64,000 nt of DNA from the IMG/VR virus record IMGVR_UViG_3300037882_003357, positions 6,255 to 70,254 of that record; one strand, given 5' to 3'. Positions 36,744 through 45,939 of this stretch are shown here, in pieces. The stretch comes from a virus. How positions within the stretch are numbered: the first letter of the stretch is position 1; every line of letters starts with the position of its first letter. A program made the position numbers and the translations under genes. The notes under the pieces are model-generated. The model ran no database searches. It was not told the origin of the DNA and saw nothing but the letters and a program-made list of their open reading frames with translations.

Positions 36744-36760
36744 TGAAAACCATTCCTTAA

Positions 36761-37489
36761 ATGATTAACGACATTCTTTTTGAGAAGTTCCAGTTTCCTG
36801 TGGGAGTAGGATGGGACACTAAACTAACACCCCCGAGCAGCAACTGGCTTCGCACAAGCGAGGCTAAAGCTGCTTTGGCTCAAGGAGGGAACATTGCAAA
36901 GCACGTGTTCACTACATCTAATCAGCCTTTAAGCGCATCAGATGTTACATACTTACGCGACCTGGAAAATCGAGCTAATGGCAGACCTGTGCTGGTGCAA
37001 AACCCCTTCCACAATTCCGTCACGCATTGCGGCACCGTAAACGAGTTTGGTAGCCTAAGTGGAGGTTGCATTGTTCGTCCTAGAGGAAGCATCCTTTGGC
37101 AACCTTGCTTATTTTTTACAACTCTTTCATTAGAAAAACTTATCTTGAGGCCAGTGGCTTATGCTGAAAATATCCTTGTTAATGGCACGACTGCACTTAA
37201 TTTTGACTTTGTTACTAAAAGCTCCAATTCCCTCGCCGTACCCACAATTACCAATACCGACTCTGAAGTGGAACTCGCCAGCTTCGATTTCTGGCTTGCG
37301 ATGAAAATTACGCAGCTAGAGATTAATCCAATCAGAAATGAAAGGACGCTAAATCTCAGCAGCACTGAACAAGATTACGTGGCAACCATCACTCTGGAAG
37401 AAGATGTAGAAAGAACCCTTCCAGTCATCTTCTCCTGGGCTTCTCTAGAAAACGTCAAGAAAACAGTGGGTGGAGGAACAATATCTTAA
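36761..37489 (+). CDS. distal tail protein (DUF2460-like)
   Basis: FP.GVG N-terminus and ASFDF..AM / ITLEE C-terminal pattern. Confidence 0.5.
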   Translation: MINDILFEKFQFPVGVGWDTKLTPPSSNWLRTSEAKAALAQGGNIAKHVFTTSNQPLSASDVTYLRDLENRANGRPVLVQNPFHNSVTHCGTVNEFGSLSGGCIVRPRGSILWQPCLFFTTLSLEKLILRPVAYAENILVNGTTALNFDFVTKSSNSLAVPTITNTDSEVELASFDFWLAMKITQLEINPIRNERTLNLSSTEQDYVATITLEEDVERTLPVIFSWASLENVKKTVGGGTIS

Positions 37490-37491
37490 TC

Positions 37492-38259
37492 ATGTTTAGT
37501 TTAGCTCCGACAATTCTTAGCGATAGCGCTGCTCCTATTTCTCCAGCGGTGGCAATCATTGCTGCAATTCTTACTGCTGGTGGTTCGTTGTCAAGTCCTG
37601 AACAAGCAGCACTCACTACTTATGTAGATACACTTGTCGCAGCAGGAATCTGGAGTAAGCGCATTCTGCTTTATGGAATCATGGGAGGAACTGATGCTTC
37701 TCACGCAATAAACTGGGCTAATCTGGGTGTGAACACCTTATCATACGCAGGTAATTTTCCAACAAGTACAAGTAATGGGATTCAATTTAACGGGGGTTAC
37801 GCTGCTACAGGATACTTTGCAAGTGCGGGTAACTTTGCATTGACTACTTATAGCCGAGATACTGATGCCCGATTAGGAACAATTGACACAGGGCCATCTG
37901 CACCTCGCTTTTATTCAGGACAAACCACCACAGTCAACTTTAATGCTGTAAATTCTACCTTTGAGAACTATCCAACCTTCACAGTACCTGTGAAACATGT
38001 AATAAATCAACGAGCTAACTCTACAACTCTAAAATCTTACGCAGAAGGAGCTTTAATTAGCACTATTACGGATAGTGCTGTGGTAGCAAGTTCAGAAGTT
38101 TTGATTGCTATTCTAAGAAGTGCTGGGACTCCTGCTTTCCCTCAAGGAAGCTCGTCAGTATGCCAACACTACGGAATTTGGCAAGCACTTTCGGACGCAG
38201 AAGCGCTTGCGCTTTACAACGCGGAGTTAACACTTCAGACAGTATTAGGAAGAAATTAG
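37492..38259 (+). CDS. tail-associated beta-sandwich (lectin-like) protein
   Basis: L.AAGIWSK...LY.IMGGT..SHAIN and ALSDAE..ALY patterns of virion fiber proteins. Confidence 0.55.
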   Translation: MFSLAPTILSDSAAPISPAVAIIAAILTAGGSLSSPEQAALTTYVDTLVAAGIWSKRILLYGIMGGTDASHAINWANLGVNTLSYAGNFPTSTSNGIQFNGGYAATGYFASAGNFALTTYSRDTDARLGTIDTGPSAPRFYSGQTTTVNFNAVNSTFENYPTFTVPVKHVINQRANSTTLKSYAEGALISTITDSAVVASSEVLIAILRSAGTPAFPQGSSSVCQHYGIWQALSDAEALALYNAELTLQTVLGRN

Positions 38260-38260
38260 C

Positions 38261-41221
38261 ATGTTTCAGCTCTCAGGAAGTCTAAGCAATCTTAAATCAA
38301 AAATTCTTCAGGTGATTAATTCTCCTGAAGAAACTTTTGTTAGCCTGGTTCCTTTAGAGCTTCCTGAAGAACTCATTCCTGACTTTATGGATAAGCAGCT
38401 TCAACTTACTCGTAAGGGACAAATGCAAGTTCAAGGAACACTGCTTCCTGCGCTGCATTCTGTGGACTTTAGTAGAGGAAATCAGCTTTCTCCAGAACTT
38501 AGCAACCACCTCTACAACATCTTCCATCTCTGTGCTTGCTCTGGAACCCTCCTGCCAGAGGCAGTGACCAATCATGCCGACTCTGCACATAGGATTTATC
38601 ATTTCACCCCCGAAGGGGTCTCCTTCAGCCTCACAGCAGCCTTTCAAGAGAAAGCTGATTTCCTCTACTACAGAGCTAACCTAGCAGCTCCTGAAGAGCT
38701 TCTTCCTTCACTTCCCACCATTAAGCTGTCAGGCTTTGCTCTTGAACAGGGAAGTAGCCTGGAAAGTCCAGACAACGTATTCTTTAATAACCGAGAAGCA
38801 TTCACTTTGTCTTCTGGGCAAGTGCTGCTTGATTCTGCTTTCTGGGGAACTTGCAGCGCAGCTAACGACTTACTAGCAATTAATGATGCAGGAACAATTA
38901 AGCTGTTGGCAATCAATCCAGTGGCTCAGACCATTGCAGATACAGTGACACTAGGAGCAATCAATACAAATTTCTCCACAAGGATTGTTTTAGCTGAGGA
39001 ACTGCTGCTGGTGTTCAACGGAACTTCTGCATGGATTCTCAATCGTGACTTAAGCATTCTCTATTCGCGAATCACAAATGCTCCTATTCTTGCTGCTGCG
39101 GAAAGCGGCTTCATGGGCAACGTTGGATTCATTCTAGCTACTGGGGGTAGTGCCACGGTGCTAACCTCTGGAGCTGCTGCTGGAGGGAAGCTAGAATTTC
39201 TAGCACCAGGACTACAGCTAGAACTTAAGAGCTACGATAATTCCGCTCCCACAGCTCTAATGAAAGACGGGAGCAATTTGTTTGTAGGGATTAGTTTCAA
39301 CACTAGCTTGTCCATTGGATATGAGCTGTACGATGCAGCAATTAAGCTGTGCGATAGAGGAACTACTATCACAAGCATCTCTGATGCTGCCTTTGCCAGC
39401 TTCTACGTTCGCAGCGGGAAAGTGTATGGCTTAGCGATTGGTGTGGACGGAAGCACTTATTCTCCTAAGTTGATTGACTTAGAACTCGAACAAGAAATCA
39501 GCATCTCCTCCAGCACCTTCACAGCACCTACCAATTGGACACCTACAATTAAGAAGCTTTTGTGTGAGCTTCCTATTTTTGATTTTGAATCTGCTCAATC
39601 AGGGACTACTTTAACTAATGATAAGTTCTGGAGTGTGAATGGTGCTGCTCCCATAACCGCCAGTTATCAGAGTAGTTCTCGTCTGTTCAGCTTAACTTAT
39701 GATTCAAGATATTCTCTTAAGCCTATCAAACTTAAATCCTCTTCTCAGGTTGGACTGTTAGGTACAGGAAGTGTTCAAGGACAGTTAATCATTCAGAATG
39801 CGCTGACAATAAAAAAGCTTACTCTCATTCCTTCCCACAACTGCGTAGTGCCAAATCTACGCATGGTAAGGATGCAGACAATGCGTCCTTACCAGTGCCC
39901 ATTCATTGAGACAGATGGCGCAACTAGCGCAGGTAGTGTTGACGTATACAAAGACGGATTCAAACACACTTTCTTTCCAATTAACTACTTAGCAACAGGC
40001 TACGACAGTCTAGGAATTTGGGACGTAATCCGCCGCGATGATGAAGTGTTTGGTGTGGAAGTGATGACAAGCAGAAACACTAGCTTTATTACTTCGCCCA
40101 CAACCAGATTAATTCGTCCTTCAACAATTGTTGCCAGTGCAAGCTTTCCAGGGCAAGCAAAATACGACTCACCAAATCGCAGAGTCTCTAGAAGCATTTC
40201 AGGAACTAACTATCTGCATCTAATAGGTGAGAACTTCTTCAATGTAGAACTTGCTCACAGAAATACAATGCTCTCAGGAAACCAAAGTTGGTTCAAAACT
40301 GAGTGGTTGTCTAAAACACTTACTTCTTTTGATTGCGGCATTGTACTTTGGCAGAAGAATTTCACACCAGGCAATCCTAACCAATTCTCTGAATCTTATC
40401 TTCCTTCTGCGGAAGTGAGTGCTATTGAATTTCATTCAGACATAAGTGCTGATAACTGCACAATAAGTCTTGCTCGTTACGATGCAAACAACAGAGCCGA
40501 GCTGCTCATCACAGCTCTTGGTACTAGTGACTTTGAAGACAGCTTTGAACCTGCAACCAACTCGCAAATTGACATTCTCTCGTTTGGAGATGTGTTTCTC
40601 ACCAATCTAGACGATAGCGCAACCAGAGGTGGACTTCCTGCTTTTGAACAAGGAATCAGTAAAATCTTTAGTGGCTTCCTGCAAAGTGTGAAGGTCACAG
40701 ATTCGCAGTCTGAAGCAAGTGCTGTGGGAATGCTAGAAAACCTCGCCACACCTTACAAGGATGTGACAGGGCTGCTGTGTCCTTATGCCTTTGGTGGAAT
40801 CAAGTGTGGTGTGGCTCTCACTAAATCCTATGGCGTGGTTGTGAGTGCTACTGCTGGAGCAATGGTAGTAGACTTTGGAGCAGCACTTCCGCTAGTGCTC
40901 AATCGTTATCAGCAAGGAACAGTGCGCTTCCTTGCTGCTGGATTCCAGAGTGTGGAGAAAGACGTGAGTTCTGTGACTCTTGTAAGCGGAAATCAATTTC
41001 AGATTAACTTGTTTGGAAGTTTCAACTACAGCCTACCGAAGGCAGGAACGCTCTTAGTGCTTGCTAACGGTTGCACAAAGACTCTTGCTAGATGCAATGA
41101 CTACAACAATCTCCCCAGAGGACGACAAATGCCATATCTCCAGGGAGCAAGAGTTTATTCTGCTAGTGGTGAGTTAAACTCAGGAATCAACTATGATGAG
41201 GACGGGAATCTTATTCCTTAA
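38261..41221 (+). CDS. baseplate hub protein (BR0599/DUF2163-like C-terminus) with long N-terminal extension
   Basis: CPYAFGGIKCGV...GCTKTLARC..YNN....MPYL cysteine motif at the C-terminus; 986 aa. Confidence 0.75.
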   Translation: MFQLSGSLSNLKSKILQVINSPEETFVSLVPLELPEELIPDFMDKQLQLTRKGQMQVQGTLLPALHSVDFSRGNQLSPELSNHLYNIFHLCACSGTLLPEAVTNHADSAHRIYHFTPEGVSFSLTAAFQEKADFLYYRANLAAPEELLPSLPTIKLSGFALEQGSSLESPDNVFFNNREAFTLSSGQVLLDSAFWGTCSAANDLLAINDAGTIKLLAINPVAQTIADTVTLGAINTNFSTRIVLAEELLLVFNGTSAWILNRDLSILYSRITNAPILAAAESGFMGNVGFILATGGSATVLTSGAAAGGKLEFLAPGLQLELKSYDNSAPTALMKDGSNLFVGISFNTSLSIGYELYDAAIKLCDRGTTITSISDAAFASFYVRSGKVYGLAIGVDGSTYSPKLIDLELEQEISISSSTFTAPTNWTPTIKKLLCELPIFDFESAQSGTTLTNDKFWSVNGAAPITASYQSSSRLFSLTYDSRYSLKPIKLKSSSQVGLLGTGSVQGQLIIQNALTIKKLTLIPSHNCVVPNLRMVRMQTMRPYQCPFIETDGATSAGSVDVYKDGFKHTFFPINYLATGYDSLGIWDVIRRDDEVFGVEVMTSRNTSFITSPTTRLIRPSTIVASASFPGQAKYDSPNRRVSRSISGTNYLHLIGENFFNVELAHRNTMLSGNQSWFKTEWLSKTLTSFDCGIVLWQKNFTPGNPNQFSESYLPSAEVSAIEFHSDISADNCTISLARYDANNRAELLITALGTSDFEDSFEPATNSQIDILSFGDVFLTNLDDSATRGGLPAFEQGISKIFSGFLQSVKVTDSQSEASAVGMLENLATPYKDVTGLLCPYAFGGIKCGVALTKSYGVVVSATAGAMVVDFGAALPLVLNRYQQGTVRFLAAGFQSVEKDVSSVTLVSGNQFQINLFGSFNYSLPKAGTLLVLANGCTKTLARCNDYNNLPRGRQMPYLQGARVYSASGELNSGINYDEDGNLIP

Positions 41222-41421
41222 TTAAATAAAATCTTTCCTAACTCAAAGTGAATTGCTTTGGCAAAGTCCACACTCATTGTTATCTCGTTAATGACCTTAC
41301 TGTTTTCTGAGTATTTAATTGAAATCTCAGGAATGTCATCAAATCTGCGAGTAACAGAATATTCAAATCCGTCAGTGCTCACTAACTCTGAAGTTTGGTT
41401 TCGATATATTGTTTCTTCCAT
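41218..41421 (-). CDS. hypothetical protein
   Basis: 67 aa, AGGAG RBS, stop overlaps the hub stop. Confidence 0.65.
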   Translation of the reverse strand: MEETIYRNQTSELVSTDGFEYSVTRRFDDIPEISIKYSENSKVINEITMSVDFAKAIHFELGKILFN

Positions 41422-41431
41422 TATTTTCTCC

Positions 41432-41863
41432 TTATTCTGGGAAGTCCGTTAAAGATTCTGATAAATAGTCCTTACCGTTGTAAATAGCTCCACTGCCGTC
41501 ATCATAAATGTCAATGGTGTATTTTGCCATGTAGTCAAAACTATGCTCATCGCTACGATACTGTGCATTGATGAGTGCAAGCTGACGCACAACTTCTTTG
41601 AATTCAGGACTCTCAGTGAGAATAAGGAGTTCTGCCATTTCCAATCGTTTGTTACGCGTATTCATTTTTGTCTTCTCCTCTTTGAATGATTGTTTGTAAA
41701 GCTCGTACACTTGAATTAGATGCGAATGACAAGCTGCCAGATGCTCCCAAGAAGCTTCTAGGCGCTGTTTTTCTTTGCGTTTCTCCCAATCTTCGATAAA
41801 CTCAGGGCGAAGTCCCCAGGTAATGTCCATAAGTGCTAATGAATTTGTACTCTTCCGTATCAT
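41432..41863 (-). CDS. hypothetical protein
   Basis: 143 aa ORF; start may be ATG 41830. Confidence 0.6.
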   Translation of the reverse strand: MIRKSTNSLALMDITWGLRPEFIEDWEKRKEKQRLEASWEHLAACHSHLIQVYELYKQSFKEEKTKMNTRNKRLEMAELLILTESPEFKEVVRQLALINAQYRSDEHSFDYMAKYTIDIYDDGSGAIYNGKDYLSESLTDFPE

Positions 41864-41866
41864 ATC

Positions 41867-42370
41867 ATGGCATTAGGAAAAGCGCCAATACTTTCTGAAG
41901 ACCAAAGGCTGGGGCTTGTTAGAGCTAATGGACTAGACTTCGTGAATCTGTTTAAGCATTGGTTAGGAGACAGAGCAGAGCAATGCGGTGTGGAGATTCT
42001 TGCTAAGTACAAGCACACCGAACAGTATAGTGAATGGGCAGTGACGCTAGACAACGCTGAAGACGCTTTAGAAGTGGTAGGTGATGGTATTGAAATCATT
42101 GTGTCTCCTGTGCCTATGCCTCTGCCCAGTGACAGGTTTGAGTACAACTATAGATGGCGTTGTCTAGTCAAAGACCACAGCAAGAGTCAGAACAAGCTGC
42201 ACCTAGCTTACACAATTGTTCAGAACTACATGTTCCCATTCTCTCAGCAGATGCCGTATTCAAAAGATGCTGAACTCCAGATAAGCCAAGCAATATGGCG
42301 CATTGATAGAGCAGAAGTTCCCATCATTCAGAACGGAAAGCGGAAGGTTGGCTATTTCCTAGAAGAATAG
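41867..42370 (+). CDS. putative tail terminator / tail completion protein
   Basis: 167 aa directly upstream of the major tail gene; positional inference. Confidence 0.45.
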   Translation: MALGKAPILSEDQRLGLVRANGLDFVNLFKHWLGDRAEQCGVEILAKYKHTEQYSEWAVTLDNAEDALEVVGDGIEIIVSPVPMPLPSDRFEYNYRWRCLVKDHSKSQNKLHLAYTIVQNYMFPFSQQMPYSKDAELQISQAIWRIDRAEVPIIQNGKRKVGYFLEE

Positions 42371-42408
42371 CCTTCTCGTTTATCGTACCAAACCTCCATC
42401 TCTTTTCC

Positions 42409-42419
42409 AGAAAATGAAG
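42409..42419 (+). promoter_or_regulatory. putative late promoter motif AGAAAATGAAG
   Basis: Intergenic, upstream of the major tail gene. Confidence 0.6.
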
Positions 42420-42499
42420 AAGAAAGACTGAGCCAAGCACTTTGTTTGTGCCTCATGTGCCAGTCGCTTTTACTATTCTTCAGAAAGGACTGCACATAA

Positions 42500-43309
42500 A
42501 TGACTCTTCCACAATATTTAGCCAACGTCAAAGAGTTTGAAAAGACTCTTTTGTCTTGCGAAGAAATCCTCGGCGAAGGACGCTTGCTCGTAGCACCTCT
42601 TGATGGTTGCGCCAAGTTCCCCACCTTCTACACCGTAGAGGTCACGGCTGCTCTCACCACTACTTCTGTCACCGCTTCCTTGCAGCTTGTAGCACCTGTT
42701 CCTGGCTCCCTCAAACTCAATCCAGGTGACGTTCTCAGCTTCTCGGTCTCTTCAGCTTTTGTTGAAGTTACTATTGCTGCTGCTGCCACCATCACTGACA
42801 CCGCTCCAGTTGTTGTAGCTATTGAAGCTCCTGCTGCTGCTGTGACCATCAATGCTGAAGCAGAGGCTTACCAGCGCTTTGAGTTCATTGGTCTCAAGAC
42901 TCTTCCTCTTGACTTCCAAATCGGAACAGAGGATGTCAAAATCCTTCGTGATGGTATCCAAGGGAAGACCACGAAGACGAACATCTCTCCTCAAATGGGG
43001 GTTGAGTTCTTGCTTCGTATTGATGACCTTGGCTTCTGGGAAGCTGGCTTAGTCTACGACTCTGCTACGACCAACCAACGCTTCTACGGTCTTGCTCTTC
43101 GCTTGAATGAGCAGCATTTCATCACTGGCCCAATGGAGACGACTGCTTTGTCGTTCCAAGACCAAACCGCACAGATTCAGAAGGCTACTTCGACCATCGT
43201 GCTTCAGCCTACTTGGTATGAAGGGCGTATCTATGCTTTGCAGTCCGTTGCTCAGAAAGCTGCTTACAACGCCATTCGTCGCTTGTGGTTGCTTCCTGCT
43301 CTTGCTTAA
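42500..43309 (+). CDS. major tail (tube) protein
   Basis: 269 aa, Ala/Thr/Val-rich inserted domain, strongly biased codons, AAGGA RBS, late motif. Confidence 0.65.
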   Translation: MTLPQYLANVKEFEKTLLSCEEILGEGRLLVAPLDGCAKFPTFYTVEVTAALTTTSVTASLQLVAPVPGSLKLNPGDVLSFSVSSAFVEVTIAAAATITDTAPVVVAIEAPAAAVTINAEAEAYQRFEFIGLKTLPLDFQIGTEDVKILRDGIQGKTTKTNISPQMGVEFLLRIDDLGFWEAGLVYDSATTNQRFYGLALRLNEQHFITGPMETTALSFQDQTAQIQKATSTIVLQPTWYEGRIYALQSVAQKAAYNAIRRLWLLPALA

Positions 43310-43325
43310 GCTAAGATAGAAATCT

Positions 43326-43563
43326 AGGGAAAGGGCTATTCACTTGGGCTGAGCATTCTGCGCTGTCTCAAGCATCTTTCCCTCCGCGACTGGTTCATTC
43401 GTGTGACTAACCAGCGCAGCAATTACCCAGAGAATAAAATTCCTGGTTGCTGATTGCATTTCTCACAAAGACGTTCTTACTAAATGTGCTGCTACCAACA
43501 GCATTGACTAAAACAAAATTTGCCGCTACTATGAAATGACTAACCTCTAGTGGCGGCTTTTTT
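43326..43563 (+). ncRNA. candidate structured non-coding RNA
   Basis: TTGCTT-N17-TAAGAT promoter (43289-43317), several consecutive hairpins, ends in a terminator. Confidence 0.45.
43522..43563 (+). terminator. Rho-independent terminator
   Basis: GCCGCTACTA / TAGTGGCGGC stem followed by TTTTTT. Confidence 0.7.
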
Positions 43564-43586
43564 GTCGCAAAAATTAAAAAAGTATT

Positions 43587-43868
43587 ATGAAACAAGCAAA
43601 CCCGAAGGCAACAATTGACAAGCATCTACTAGGTGACTTCATTAAGCAGCAAGTGCTTTCAGCATTCCTCACTGGCGCAGTGTATGCAAAAGGTGAAACA
43701 TTGGAGCAAGCACAAGATTCAAAGTCTTTAGAAGCAGCGCTAGATATGGTGGAAGAAGGACTCATTAAGCAGCTTCCCATGCTAAATGCGTTCGTAGTAT
43801 TATCTCTTCAAAGCAAAGGCTACAACGCCACACAAATCAACGAAGTCTACCAGGAGCTTCTTGCGTAA
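43587..43868 (+). CDS. hypothetical protein
   Basis: 93 aa, TAATG coupling to the RNR gene. Confidence 0.65.
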   Translation: MKQANPKATIDKHLLGDFIKQQVLSAFLTGAVYAKGETLEQAQDSKSLEAALDMVEEGLIKQLPMLNAFVVLSLQSKGYNATQINEVYQELLA

Positions 43869-45643
43869 TGACTTACGACTTAAGCACCTTTAAGACTAAC
43901 AAATCCACTCCTCCAGGACGCATTCGTAACTACTTGGCTGAGCAAGAAGCAGGGAAATCAAATCTCTTGCCCTTTAGCTGCAAGCTGCGTGTCTACAAGA
44001 ACAGTCTCATTGAAACTCTGATAGCCTCCAGCAAAGACCTTCGCTGGGGCGCTGGAGTGAAGCTCATTCTTGACCAGTACAAAGCAGAGTCTCCTGTTCC
44101 TAACAAGGTTAACTGGTTCTTTTATTTACCTGAATCACATCCCGATTACAATAAGCTAACAGAATATCAGAAAACGTTTGTGGTTAATAGTCGAGAATCC
44201 GAAGCTCTAAGCTACTATCTAATTGTTGTAAAAGACAGTATGGAGGATGCAAGGACTTCTCAAGGTGTTAGCATAGAACAAAGTTGGGAGCTTTTTTACG
44301 AATATATCTTAGATGGAAATGATGTAGAACTCCCCATTGTTATTGACTTATCTGCTCTTCGTCCATGCGGAACTACAAATTCTCAAGGACTTACAGCAAC
44401 AGGAGCAATCGGTGATGGCTCAGAAGAAAGCAACATCGCAAGCTTCTTTGCGATATATGATTACATCGCAAGATATGCAGCAGCCCCGTCCATTGGTGCG
44501 TTGTTGCAGCTCTTCGGAGTTCTCAATAACACTATTAGACGAGGGGGACTTTACAAAAACGGAATTATCACTTCCTCAATGTGGTATGAATCATCCGAAA
44601 TACACAATTACCTGGACTTTCCTTTAATTGAAATTCCTGGCTCCCACAAGAAAGGAATCAGCTTTGATAATGGAGTGCTGGCTGAGAAAGAACTTGTCAC
44701 AAAGATTCTCAAAAAAACTATGGAAGAAAGTCTCTTCCATGAGAAACGAGAAAAAGACTCGAACATCTACAAAAATGTTTGTATTGCGCTCGACATCGCA
44801 GATAATGGTACTTGCTTGCTTTGGAGAGTAAACCTTGGTCAGTGCTTAACGCCTCAAGACATCATTGCTGCGTATGTGGAAAGCACTTTACACCTTTGTG
44901 AGATTCACACCACTTGGAGACTTCTCAATCCTGAGAAAGCTCTAAACTCAGCTCCTTTAGAAGATGACCGTCAGATTGCCATTGATGTGATGGGACTTGC
45001 AAATTGTTTAAGAATTTGGGGAATCAATTATGAGCAGTTTAATATTGCTCTAAAGGATTTTCTAGGACAGTCTGACGGAGAGACTGTAAGTGTTCGCGCA
45101 CTAGAACTTGTCTACGCCCTTGCTGACGGTATGGAAACAGCTACTGAAGCAGCAGACCAGTACATGATTAAACGAGGACTTCCTCTACTTGAGCGCATCT
45201 TCTGTGTGGAACCTGCACAATCACATTCTTACGAGACAGTGGATGCTGAGGGCTTTACTACCTGCCGTGCTATCTTCCCTCCAGTAGGTAAGCGTGTGAC
45301 TCGCGTAAGTGACACTCAGAAGAACAAGACCTACAGACACGGCAATGTGGAAACCACTAAAGAAGTTAGTGGAGAGACCTATCAACTTACTTGTGAACTG
45401 TTTCAAAAGCTGATGAACCGCACAGGACGCGCTCACGGCATTAGCTATGACTTACGAGTTCCTGCTACTGAAGAATGGTTTGAAGACTTCGTGTTAGATT
45501 CCAGTCTCAAAGGTAAGTACTACACTGAAGTACAAAGTGCTGACCAGAGCTATCTTGAAAAGAAAGCGGGAAGTGCTAGTATGGAGGAACAGGAAGCTTG
45601 TAGCCTTGCAAACCCTGGAAGTTGTACTCTTTGTGAGGAATAG
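43868..45643 (+). CDS. ribonucleotide reductase catalytic subunit, cyanophage minimal clade (class O-slash)
   Basis: LPFSC, LRWGAGV, DSME..IEQSW, LS.LRP.G, RRGG.YKNG, NVC, GTCLL..VNLG, DRQ, C-terminal cysteines. Confidence 0.85.
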   Translation: MTYDLSTFKTNKSTPPGRIRNYLAEQEAGKSNLLPFSCKLRVYKNSLIETLIASSKDLRWGAGVKLILDQYKAESPVPNKVNWFFYLPESHPDYNKLTEYQKTFVVNSRESEALSYYLIVVKDSMEDARTSQGVSIEQSWELFYEYILDGNDVELPIVIDLSALRPCGTTNSQGLTATGAIGDGSEESNIASFFAIYDYIARYAAAPSIGALLQLFGVLNNTIRRGGLYKNGIITSSMWYESSEIHNYLDFPLIEIPGSHKKGISFDNGVLAEKELVTKILKKTMEESLFHEKREKDSNIYKNVCIALDIADNGTCLLWRVNLGQCLTPQDIIAAYVESTLHLCEIHTTWRLLNPEKALNSAPLEDDRQIAIDVMGLANCLRIWGINYEQFNIALKDFLGQSDGETVSVRALELVYALADGMETATEAADQYMIKRGLPLLERIFCVEPAQSHSYETVDAEGFTTCRAIFPPVGKRVTRVSDTQKNKTYRHGNVETTKEVSGETYQLTCELFQKLMNRTGRAHGISYDLRVPATEEWFEDFVLDSSLKGKYYTEVQSADQSYLEKKAGSASMEEQEACSLANPGSCTLCEE

Positions 45644-45645
45644 AA

Positions 45646-45939
45646 ATGGACGAACTCTTTTATGACACTCAACGCATGGGTGATGAGCGCATTGCTCGTC
45701 CTCCTGTGATTATTACTGTAGGTACTCCAGACCCCTTTGACAGGGCTAAATTAGAAAAATGGATGGAGAATATTTTACCCAACGAAAGTGTGTTAAAAAC
45801 ATTCCCAGCATACCGACAATTAAAGGAAGAAGATAATGACAAGCTACGCAACACTACTTCAGAAACGCTCAACCCAGGACGGCAAACCGACCTTCTGGAA
45901 ACCTCAGCCAATGAACCTGACTCCCTTAACGCTTTTTAA
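45646..45939 (+). CDS. hypothetical protein
   Basis: 97 aa with a GAGGA RBS; overlaps the next gene by about 100 nt. Confidence 0.45.
   Translation: MDELFYDTQRMGDERIARPPVIITVGTPDPFDRAKLEKWMENILPNESVLKTFPAYRQLKEEDNDKLRNTTSETLNPGRQTDLLETSANEPDSLNAF

Noticed and set aside
43326-43420. tRNA or hammerhead ribozyme in the structured intergenic region
   Set aside because: No cloverleaf, T-loop GTTC(G/A)A or CCA end, and no CUGANGA/GAAA core
45830-45840. AGATAATGAC as a late promoter for the RNR small subunit
   Set aside because: It coincides with the RBS spacer and ATG itself and mismatches the consensus; a similar partial hit inside terL near 3046 is also likely chance
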